Part shown: positions 53,665 through 64,000 of the stretch, one piece after another
How positions within the stretch are numbered: the first letter of the stretch is position 1
How the letters are laid out: each line of letters begins with the position of its first letter
Source: Malacoraja senta
Taxonomy: Eukaryota
Reading direction: 5' to 3'
DNA: 64,000 bases
Assembly (NCBI GenBank): GCA_038087875.1
Contig: CM075986.1
Coordinates: 17,608,001 to 17,672,000, forward strand
Notes under the pieces: model-generated
Database searches by the model: none
What the model saw: the letters and a program-made list of their open reading frames with translations, nothing else
Told to the model about the DNA's origin: nothing
Made by a program: the position numbers and the translations under genes

Positions 53665-54291
53665 TCCAGAACTAAATGTGTTTCAAAAGAAACTAATAGA
53701 CTATGGGTTAATAACTGGGAAAAAGCTAATTCTAAAATTTTGGAAGAAGGCTCCAATACCAACTATAAATATGTGGATTTCAAATATGTTTGAAACATTA
53801 CACCTAGAAGAGATAAGACTCCTCCTAGCAGGTAAACCAGATCACTTCCACCTGACGTGGTCTGCATTTATAGAATTATTACAAATATAGGGTGCAAAGG
53901 TACTTTAAAAAAAAATTGAGGTCAGGTAAGGGGGGATGATAGTTGAAGAATTGGTATGTCCCATTTGCGTAATGCTCATAAAAATATTTGTTTCTCTCTT
54001 TTTCCTCTTTCTCTTTCTCTTTCTTTTCTAGGGTCTATTTCTTAACTCTTTTTCTTTTGTTTTTAATTTTGCTCTTATAGGGTCTTCGTCCTTTTTTGTT
54101 GTCACATTTTCTACACTCTCACTTTTTCCTTCACTTTCTTCTTTCTTTCAATCTTTTCCTTTTCTAGTGTAAAAAATAAATGGAGTACATTAATTGTAAG
54201 AAGACATAAGTGACGAGTACTAATGTATGTGGTTGTAATGTAATGTACTTCTAATAAATAAAAAATAAAAAAAAATAAAAATTGAAAAAAA
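53665..54291 (+). mobile_element. 5'-truncated L1-clade LINE (ORF2 C-terminus, 3'UTR, A-rich tail)
   Basis: GKKLILKFWKK..P..MW..LEEI..F..TWSAF peptide; polyA-like tail; 15-bp TSD GAAAT(C/T)TCCCACCCC at 53650-53664 and 54292-54306. Confidence 0.88.
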
Positions 54292-55663
54292 GAAATTTCC
54301 CACCCCATCACGTGTACCAAGTTACAGTGAAAAGCTACATTTCGCATGCTCTCCAAACAGATTAGATATACTGTATAATACATAAATACAATGATGTCAA
54401 ACACAAGCACAATAGGTAAAGGGGAGTGCAGACAATAGTTCTCAGCATTGTTGCACATCAATACCATAGACAAAAACCAATGTCTACAATGGAGAGGTGA
54501 ATCGGACTGTACCGAAGCTTGTGGAAGGACTGTTCAGAAGCCTTATAATGAAGGGGAATAAACTGTTCCTGAGTCTGCTGGTGCAAACTTTCAAGCTTCT
54601 GTACCTTCCGGTGGAATGGAGCAAGGACAAGAAAGAACGAGTAGTGTGTTGGGTCGGGTTGGTACTGGGGGTGGTGAGTATTGTAGATATTGAGTGTGAA
54701 TTGCATGGGTGGTAGGGTGTGTGATCTGTGGGGTTTAATATCGACTTAAAGTGAATTTACCTCAAAACAGGTTCCCAGTGTCTGAAAAAGTGTCTCGACC
54801 CGAAACGGCACCCATTCCTTCTTTCCAGAGATGCTGTCTGTCCTGCTGAGTTACTCCAGCTTTTTGTATCTATTCCCAGTGTTAACATTGGATCTTTTCG
54901 GACATGGGCCCATCAAGTTACACAGGAGCAGGGTTGACACTGTTGTGAGAACCAGTTTTTGCCCCAGTGAAACTGCTAAGGATCGCACATGAACAAATGG
55001 TGCTCTAACACCTCTGACCATTTCAGGATCCTTTGTGTGTTACCACACCATGTGCAGCGAGGACAATGAATGAAGATTATGGGCTTCATTGTACCAATTT
55101 ACAAATGCTTATTTATCTCTGAAAGGCAATAAGGAATGTGGTGCTCTGGAATCTCGGTTCTCAGAGTCTGAATTAATGATCTTTTTTTCCCACCATAGGA
55201 CATCAAATAAAAGCTTTGGGAAAAATCTCTGATCTCCATCATAGATAAGGAGTGTGTAATATAAGGAGTTTCAAATAAATCTTGCCATGAAGGAGATTTA
55301 CGGAGTTATTTGCCACTTTGGTGGACATTCCCCAGGGTAGGTGGGATGCCGTTTCTTGCCAATGACTGCATACACTAATGGGGAAATCCCACCCCCATCT
55401 GAGTTTGATCAAACTGTTTTAGTACATCTGCGTGCAGGGATGTGGTGTGGTGTTACCATGTTATATATTGTACTCCAACAACTAATCTGGCAGCAGGAGG
55501 AACTCGATCTGCAGCCTCAGCTGTATTTGAGCACACATGCTGTTCAGACGGACCAGAAGTTTTTAAAACAGCTGTCTTAACTTTCACCTATATGGAAAGG
55601 AACCCCACAGTTCATCTGCAAATATCCTTGTAAAGGCAAAACCAAATAGCCAGAGGAACACCT

Positions 55664-55961
55664 GGGGGCAGCACAGTGGCGCAGCAGTAGAGTTGCTGTC
55701 TGACAGGGCCAGAGACCCACTTTCAATCCTGACTATGGGTGCTGTCTGTACAGAGTTTGTACGTTCTCCTGTGACCGCATGGGTTTTCTCCGGGTGCTCC
55801 CGTTTTCTCCCACACTTCAAAGGTTTGTGGGTTAATTGGCTTCGGTAAAATTGTCAATTGTCCTTAATGTGTAGGATAGTGCTAGTTGGCTGGTTGGTTG
55901 TGGACTTAGTGGGGCCATGGGCCTGTTTCCGCGCTGTATCTCTGTATCTGTATCTCTAAAC
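55664..55961 (+). mobile_element. V-SINE (HE1-like)
   Basis: GGGGCAGCACAGTGGCGCAGC head, V-domain, CR1-type tail. Confidence 0.8.
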
Positions 55962-56375
55962 TCATCAGGTCAGGCAGTGTCTGCGGAGGGAAATGGACAG
56001 ACTTAGAACCATCTCGACCCAAAACGTCATCTGTCCATTCTGTCCACAAATTGTGCCTGACCTGCTGAGATCCTCCAGCGCATGACTTTTGCTCAGGATT
56101 CCAGCATCCACAGTCTCTTGTGACTCCTTGTGGAGTAACTGAAATGTGTTCTATTTTTGGTTTCTACTTCCTGTATCCCGATTAACTGGATTATCTTCAA
56201 CCCTTGATGGAGGACCAACCAACACTGTGACCCCGGACCAGTTTTCTCACTGTTTATATTGTCCAGGGTGTCCACCCTGACCGGCAACAGTACTAAGAGG
56301 AAACCACCGAGGAGAAGTATCGAGCGCCAAAGCAGCCCTGCAAAAAGCAGTGACACTCAGCGGAATGTATCACAT

Positions 56376-56680
56376 TTTCATAGTCATAGTCATAATCAAG
56401 TTTTATTCGTCACTTGCACATAAAGTGCAGTGAAATGAATTTGCCAGCAGCGGTACAATAAAAAAAAGAACACACAAAAACACAATAAAAAAAATCAACA
56501 CAAACATCCACCACAGCATTCATCACTGTGGTGGAAGGCACAAAGATTGGCCAGTCCTCCTCCATTTCCCCCCGTGGTCGGGACCACAACGCTCCGCAGG
56601 GCGTCCAGATGTACAGACAGGTAAAAGTCCAGGTAAGTCCTGAATCGGTGCCTCCCCACCGGAGACCGCGGCTTCAAGAT
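56376..56680 (-). mobile_element. 3' part of a LINE-derived non-autonomous element (same class as 3430 and 41818)
   Basis: Minus strand TGCCTTCCACCACAG..CTGTGGTGGATG hairpin, then GTGACGAATAAAA and a (TGACTA)n tail. Confidence 0.65.
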
Positions 56681-56759
56681 TACCCCCTCACACCATCCCC
56701 CACACAAGACATTTTGTTGAAAGATTAGCATGTTTCGATAAAATGGCTCCAGGAAACCC

Positions 56760-57050
56760 CAAAGCACCTTGTCCTCAATAAAGCGCATCTGAAGTGTTCT
56801 CATGTTGTAATGGATGTAATGGAGTAGGTTTTATACCTGGTTCGTGCATTGTGCATTGCAAGCTCTCACAAACACTTTCCTGATAATGGATAATCACAGG
56901 ATAAATATTGGCTTGGACGCCGCCTTTCTCTGAGATTCTGCCATGGTATCTTATTACATTTTCTCAAGATGACAGGAGGTCCAGTTTAATATCTTGTCCC
57001 AAAGACAACATCTGTAAAAGTGCAGCGTTCCCGCAGTGTTGTACTGAAGT
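56760..57050 (-). mobile_element. Old Deu-domain SINE (SacSINE1/AmnSINE1-like)
   Basis: GGATAAATATTGGC..GCCATGG..GTTTAAT..AAAGAC..GTGCAGC..CAGTG pattern matches the recalled Deu core. Confidence 0.55.
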
Positions 57051-57065
57051 ATTATTTGAGAGTAA

Positions 57066-57694
57066 AGGGCCTGTCCCACTTGGCTGTCTTTTGCGCGCCA
57101 TTTACGCGACCTGCTAGCGTGTGGGCAGCGTGTGGGTAGCGCGTGGGTAACGCGTGGTTAGCGCGGGATGGGCGCATGGAGTGGTGTGGAGGAGTGTGGA
57201 CTTCGTCCTGAACGAAATCTTCGCGCGCCACCGGCCTGTCGCATAACTGACGGCCAAAGTGGGACGCAACGTCTCACCTCCAACAAGCGATCGTCGAACT
57301 CGGCCTGGGGCTGCACGGCCGTTGCGGATCCGGATCCGGCCCCACTCCTACTCCCAGAGCGGGGCCAAGAAGATTGAAGATAGACACAAAATGCTGGAGT
57401 AACTCAGTGGGACCGGCAGCATCTCTGGAGAGAAGAATGGGTGACGTTTCGGGTCAAGACCCTTCTTTTGGACTGAAGAAGAGTCTCAACCCGAAACATC
57501 ATCCATTCCTTCTCTCCATAGATGCTGCCGGTCCCGCTGAGTTACTCCTGCATTTTGTGTCTATCTTCAAATGACATCACGCGCTCCAGACGGCTGTGCG
57601 AACGCATGATGACGCGCACGAATCTCGCGGGACCATCGCGTGTCAGTCACTACCGGCCTGTCGCGTAAGTGACGGCCCAAGTGGGACAGGCCCT
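57066..57694. mobile_element. PIF/Harbinger-like MITE with a nested Penelope pLTR palindrome (57373-57571)
   Basis: AGGGCCTGTCCCACTTGG and CCAAGTGGGACAGGCCCT TIRs. Confidence 0.8.
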
Positions 57695-58769
57695 TAGTGG
57701 AGAGATGGATTTTTACCTCTAACATTTAACCAACCATGGGCATGCCACCACCATCCCAGGGACCACCGCAGCTTCTGAATGTTCCTGGTATCAGTGGGTA
57801 GTGAGCTGGAAATGTGGTGGGGCACAGGCTTTGCATTGATTTACTTTTCATTCCCATTTTTAGGATGCGGACAGAAACAGCTTTTATTCCCTTTTCCTAA
57901 TTGTGCTTGAGAAGGTGATAATGAATCACCTTCTTGAATTGTGACAGACCTTCTGATGGAGATACATTCACTGTGTCATTGGGTAGGGAATTCCAGAAGT
58001 TAAATCCAGCAACGCTGAAGAACAGGCGATATATTTTCAAGTTAGGATGATGCACGATTTCAAGGGAACCTGCAAGGTGTTCCGAACCATTTAAAAAGCA
58101 TTTGGACATATATATAGATAGGATGGGTTCAGAGGGGTATGGGCCAAATGCAGGCAAATGAGACTAGTCCAATATGCCAACTCAGTGAGCATAGACAAGG
58201 TGGGCCGAAGGGCCTGTTTCTGTGCTCTGTGACTCTACGAGATTGTGCTGGTTAAATCTTGTTCTCCAATTACTGATACTGTGTTTCTGCCTGGTAACTG
58301 CGATAACTTTCTTGTGATGTTTCATCCAAAATGGCCTTCAAACTACACAGTCATGCCATTACAAAGATTACATATTTCCACTGAGGCAACATCACCAGTC
58401 TCTGCCTCGGTTCACTTGCTGCTGAACCTCTCAACACGTTTTTCTTCCTTCAGCTCTTGATAGTTCTGGCAGCCCTCCCTAGTGCAATGCTCCATTGGCT
58501 TAAACCTATTCTGAACCCCTCTTCCCATTTCTAAACTTACCACCACATCTATTCATCATGGCCTCGGTTTAAATGGAAGTTGTTGATGTTGTTCAGAACT
58601 GCTAACTCTTGAGATGAAGATGAGTCATAGTCATATAGTACGGAACAAGTCCTTTGGCCCATCTATATTGATGGCATTAGAATGCATTAAGACCATTTGA
58701 TTCTATGCCTTACCTGTTTAAGTTTAGGTTTATTATTGTCATATGTACCAAGGTACTGTGAAAAGCTTA

Positions 58770-59099
58770 TGGCCCTGTCCCACGGTACGAGTTCATTCCA
58801 AGAGCTCTCCCGAGTTTAAAAAAAATCAAACTCGTGGTAAGCACGGATGTTGAACGTAGCGGGTACGTCGGAGTTCGGGGACGTTTCCTAGCGGCTCGTA
58901 ACGCTAACGGCAGGTACTCGGGAAGACTCGCTAACGGCGGGTAAGCTCGGGAAGACTCGTGAAGATTTTTCAACATGTTGAAAAATGTCCACGAGAGCCC
59001 CGAGTACCGACGAGCGGCCATTACCGTAAATCTCCGAGTTCGAATCAGGGCAAACTCGGGAGAGCTCTTGGAATGAACTCGTACCGTGGGACAGGGCCA
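58770..59099. mobile_element. Young PIF/Harbinger-like MITE
   Basis: About 45-bp perfect TIRs TGGCCCTGTCCCACGGTACGAGTTCATTCCAAGAGCTCTCCCGAGTTT; TTA TSD on both sides. Confidence 0.9.
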
Positions 59100-60340
59100 T
59101 TAGTTTTGCAATCAAATCACATAATACTATACGTTAAGGCAATCAAGCCAAGCTAGGTACATTAGGTAGAGTGGATGGAAAGATACAGAATGCAGAATAT
59201 AGTTCTCAGCATTATAGGGCAGCAGTTCTAGTTTTACAGGTACAAAATATGAATAAGTTTATTGGCCAAGTTGTACACATACAAGGAATACAAGGAAAAG
59301 AGTAAGGCGATTCGATCCTCTTCTGGGACCAGCACGCAAAGAGCCACCACCCTCGGGTGCCAGTTTAGGCATCTATTTAAATGTCTCTTAAACATAGTAT
59401 CTAATTTTACCACTGCCTCTGGCATCATGTACCGGATACCAACCACTCCCTGCGTACAATAAATTACCCCTCAGATATTCTTTAAAAAGCCTGGTTCACC
59501 TTAAACCTTTGCATTCTTGTTTTTGATAATGCTACCATGAGATACCAATTTTGACTAACTACCCGAACTTTGATGCTTATTTACATCTCCTGAAAGCAGA
59601 CAGAAACTAACCCGTCGCCCAAATGCCTACTGTTCCTTAGCTGAACTATTCCTGAATTTAGAAGCTATACATTTTTCAAGCAGAATTTAAACAAATTCGT
59701 GCAAACACGGACTGGATTACTTCATCATTCCTGTAATTCTTAAGCTGATAGAGTGCACAAATCTGCCGCAGATATTTGATTCTGGTCAGTAAACATTGGT
59801 GGAATCTGGGGGAGAGTGGGCAGGACAGAGTAACAAGGGCAGCTGCACATTCCGATGCCTCGTGCTTCAGCTAACCACATTACCGCCCTCTGCTGGCATA
59901 ACTTAACATTGAGCCCAACCAGTTGGAATTATGTGTAGGAAGGAACTGCAGATGCTGGTTTACACTGAAGATAGACACAAAGTGCTGGAGTAACTCAGCA
60001 GGACAGGCAGCATTTCCGGAGAGAAGCAAGGGGTGGCGTTTCGGGTCGAGACCTTTCTTCACACTGTCTCCTCATTTTTTCTCAATATAAAAAACCTTGA
60101 CAAATCCAGAACATGCAACTAACTGTTCCTACTTTCCATTGGGGTTAGACTCTAATCAATGAGCCACCACCTGGAATAAGTTCTCATGTGTCTTGAATTT
60201 TGGAGCTTAAGATATGATTCCTTTGCCATTAATGCGAATTATGGAAGTGATGGTAACATTGATGATATTCTTGCAGATTTTACCATTTTAAGAACATTAA
60301 AAATTACCAAATGATTTTGAAATTGCAGATGTTCAAAATG

Positions 60341-60730
60341 GACAATAGACAATAGACATAGACAATAGGTGCAGGGCTAGGCCATTTGGCCCTTCGAGCC
60401 AGCACCGCCATTCAATGTGATCATGGCTGATCATCCCCAATCAGTACCCCGTTCCTGCCTTCTCCCCATATCCCCTGACTCCGCTATTTTTAAGAGCCCT
60501 ATCTAGCTCTCTCTTGAAAGCATCCAGAGAACCTGCCTCCACCACCCTCTGAGGCAGAGAATTCCACAGACTCACCACTCTCTGTGAGAAAAAGTGTTTC
60601 TTCGCCTCCGTTCTAAATGGCTTACCCCTTATTCTTAAACTGTGGCCCCTGGTTCTGGAGTCCCCCAACATCGGGAACATGTTTCCTGCCTCTAGCGTGT
60701 CCAAACCCTTAACAATCTTTATATGTTTCA
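60341..60730 (-). mobile_element. CR1/HER1 3' fragment
   Basis: SRTRGHSL..FFSQRVVSLWNSLP..GYGEKAG peptide plus 3'UTR and (TCTATTG)n tail; related pieces at 7300-7430, 36190-36660, 50834-50990, 51607-51940 and 61576-61890. Confidence 0.9.
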
Positions 60731-62587
60731 AAGGCTGTATAATTGCTTTGTGATTTAACGCGTTGTGTCTTCATTTGCAACCTGTGGTGCTGTTACACCA
60801 AGAACCATCACATTGCAAAGACCTTGGAATAGCCTGCTGGTGCCCTCTGATGACAACCACTGTAATGTAATCTGCTGCACAAACGTAGGAGGATGGGCTC
60901 GGCGTTTCTCATCTCAAGGCTCATTGACTTGGACGTCATCGGCCTAGTTTTTTAAATGATTTAGTTTTAATTTTGACAGAAGTTGGAAAAGGTTGCACAA
61001 CATTTCGAAGGTCTTGGCTCTGATGTCAATACCTTCGCATTTTCACATTTGATGGAACATCAAATGTGAAAATCTAGAAGAGACATTTAACTGGGTTTTA
61101 TTGTCATATTGATCATTGAGAAAATATTGGGTTCATTCCATGTCCTCTCCACAGAAAATAAAAGGCTTTGGTGAAATATATAAATGGATAGTGCACGATG
61201 CGGTCAATTAACCAGTGAGTCATTAGTGTCATTAAATGAAATGTCTGAAGCTCAACGGCTGAGAGCACTTAAAGATTTTTCCATAAAAGGCATAAGCACG
61301 ACTGACAGAGCGAGTACAGTCTGTGTGGTTGCAAAATACCATGGGTAGGGAATGTGAAATATTTGTGTTCTCAAAAAGCCAAACGTAGGTTGGAAAATCA
61401 TTTATAATGTTCCATGGATTGAGAGCAGCCAATTTTAAACTTGCTGGTTAAACTTAAAACTCACACAAAAGGTATTGGTTAATATTGAATCTCAGGGGAT
61501 TACTTATAAAGGGTAGTATTTGTTCTGAAGAACTGAGTCAGTGGTGCAAGTGGAAGCTTGATCACAACGCCCAGTTATAGAGTCATATAACATGGAAACA
61601 GGCCCTTCGGCCCAAATTGCCCACAATGACTAAGATGCCCCGTCTACACTAGCCCCACCTGCGTGCATTTGACCCATATCCCTCTAAACCTTTCCTATCC
61701 ATGTAACTATCAAAATGTTTTTTAAACATTGTTTTAGCAACAACTATGGTGCATTAGGCACTTCAGCCAAAAATTGCCCACAACGACCAAGATGCCCCAG
61801 CTACACAATTCCCACCTGTGCGCATTTGGCCCATATGCCTCTATACCTTTCCTATCCATGTACCTGTTCAAATGTCTTGTAATTGTTGCTATAGCAACAA
61901 CTGAGAAACTATGGTGAGTGAGTGAATCTCCCCAGCATTACCTGACACCTAGAACAATCCTTTCCAAACATTTGGCATGGTCATGATGGGCCGAATGGCC
62001 TACATCTGGCATTATGAAGTACATCACTTTCGAGAAACCAAATCTCATTTTCCCTGATAAGGACACTAAGTGCTGGAGTAACTCAGCGGGTCATTGGGGA
62101 ACATGGATAGATGAGGTTCAGTAAAAAATATCCATAGTGTGTAGAATAGTGTTAGTGCATGGGGGTGATCGCTGGTCGGCATGGACTCGTGGGTTGAAGG
62201 GCCTGTTTTCGTGCTGTATCTCCAAACTAAACAGACAAAATACGATACCATTGTCAATTTGGCTCCAGAGAGGTATTGCATTCCAAGGGGCAGAGAAGTA
62301 CCCCAACAGTCTCAATCATCTGTCTTTCAGGACTGAAAGAACTGCATATCATCTGGGTCATCCCTGCTGGGCTACACTCAGGCCCTTTATAATATAGGAT
62401 CAGAAGAAAACAATACACACTCACATTGGTCTTTCAAATCCTCTGGACTTTCCAAAGTATCTCCCAGCTAGTGAAATCATTTCTGTCAATAGGCATTGCT
62501 GTAGCTCAGAAAATTAGTAGTCAAATTACTCACAGCAGGGTCCTGTAAACGGCAGTAACATGAATTCCATTAACCATGTTGGTGGGA

Positions 62588-62815
62588 GGTACACAAAAAT
62601 GCTGGAGAAACTCAGCGGGTGCAGCAGCATCTATGGAGCGAAGGAAATAGGCAACGTTTCGGGCCGAAACCCTTCAGACTTCAGTCTGAAGAAGGGTTTT
62701 GGCCCGAAACGTTACCTATTTCCTTCGCTCCATAGATGCTGCTGCACCCGCTGAGTTTCTCCAGCATTTTTGTGTACCTCCGATTTTCCAGCATCTGCAG
62801 TTCCTTCTTTAACAC
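62588..62815. mobile_element. Young palindromic Penelope pLTR-derived element with intact hammerhead core (62686-62713)
   Basis: Near-perfect inverted arms of about 90 bp; 16-bp direct repeat AACCATGTTGGTGGGA at 62572-62587 and 62816-62831; CTGAAGA-AGGGTTTTGGCCC-GAAAC-GTT. Confidence 0.85.
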
Positions 62816-64000
62816 AACCATGTTGGTGGGATTGGCCGCTAATACACCATGCTATGCTAACCTAAATAAAGTCATGAGGTGATTTCCATTTAGCTCAATG
62901 CAACCTCTCAGCCAAAGTCTAGACACAGTCACGGCTCTACAGCCTGAAATCTGAAATGTGGCTCAAACCCTTGATCTTCTGATTCAGGTGAATGAGCAAG
63001 TCTGAATTAAAGCAATTGCCAACTAAAATCCCAAATTTTACCTAACCCAATGCAACCAGCTTTCTAATCAGAAGGTAAAAGCTTGAAGTCAGGGTTTACA
63101 TTTTGATTGGAAACTCCTCCTGCGCTTGGAACATTTGACAGTTCCATATTAGGCATCTAGCTGAAGACTAGCAGAGCAATCAGCGTCCCACCGCACGGGG
63201 GTAGGATTCTGGCCAATGTTCAACACTCGGACCCATCAAACCAGGACATGGAGTTGGTGCCAGTCACAGCGTGATCTTTTCGTTTCACCTGGAGGAGGGC
63301 ATGTACTGAGGAGAATGCTAAGGAAAAATGCCAAAGAAAACTAAATCTGCATAACGTATTCAGTGCAGAATGTTGGAGAGAAGAAATCTCAGGAGCGAGT
63401 CTCAAGTGGTGAAAGGAGATCAGAATCACATTCTGATGTGTTGGCAGAGCAGTGGGCTTGTGGCATATCAACGGGGTCTTTCTCATCTGCAATAAAGGGT
63501 AAATACTTGCTAAGAGTTAATCAGAGGTGGAGCTGGTGAGAGGGAATAAGAAACCAAGTTAACAGCAGAGGGAATGTGGATTCAACATTCAGAGGCATTT
63601 TATACCAACACCTGTCAAGAGAGACGAGTACAGAATTCCCAAGCAAAGAATGATACTCAAAGCTGGTACAGGTAACGAGGCAATTCCTCTGTTGATCTTA
63701 ACCAAGTTCCCTCGCACTGGCGGGCTCTTTTCACAGTGTTGTCCACTCACATTCTCATCAAAGTAGTCAATGGGAGGAAATGTGGCAGATATGAAGGACT
63801 GTGGTTAAATGTGCTACAGTACACCTCAACTTCTGTGCGTGCTACATTGCAGAGTTTCATGAGAAAATCGATTGGGGAACATGTTTTACTATGGCTAGCT
63901 TGAAGTTTGAGATTTTGCTCTGCATGTGACAAACCTTTATGTAGTGATGCCCAAATATTGTCTGTGATTACAATGTTTTGCATTATGTGCTCATGTAGAA

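Larger units (their letters stand above)
53525..54306 (-). mobile_element. About 140-nt retroposon (Vingi/Ingi- or RTE-type non-autonomous) with (GAA)n tail, split by an L1; body 53525-53664
   Basis: 12-bp TSD ATCACGTGTACC at 53513-53524 and 54307-54318; minus-strand 3' end ...GCACGCCGTACGCGAGAAGAAGAAG. Confidence 0.8.

Noticed and set aside
49714-64000. CAVIN1 exon 1
   Set aside because: No ORF with the HR1 motifs (NGVLVLSLLDK, LLEKVRKVS) was found; it probably lies beyond the right edge.

Overview
Eukaryotic DNA from a cartilaginous fish, probably a skate or ray, judged from HE1/V-SINE-like SINEs, CR1/HER1 LINEs, Deu-type SINEs and abundant Penelope remnants. Two host genes lie on the minus strand in the same order and orientation as on human chr17. 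STAT3 has 14 consecutive coding exons (exons 2-15, 1362 nt, 454 codons, 18527 to 234; the 3' exons lie left of the window) and a CpG-island promoter at about 26.1-26.7 kb. CAVIN1/PTRF is represented by its last coding exon (48988-49713); exon 1 was not found in the window. The rest is introns and intergenic DNA full of mobile elements: a decayed Tc1, an internally deleted epsilon-like ERV nested in a Penelope RT and carrying a CR1, Harbinger/hAT/TcMar MITEs, a Helitron, an L1 and LINE-derived non-autonomous elements. Most notable: (1) a 140-nt retroposon in the CAVIN1 intron whose 5' end folds as a minimal HDV/CPEB3-like ribozyme; (2) a ~690-bp palindrome centred on a Penelope pLTR that duplicated the STAT3 SBE-CRE promoter element; (3) many short Penelope-derived palindromes with hammerhead cores, one with a 16-bp TSD; (4) an ERV with no TSD and apparently unprocessed ends; (5) one more CAVIN1 undecad repeat than human. 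All comparisons with human or consensus sequences are from memory, not database searches.
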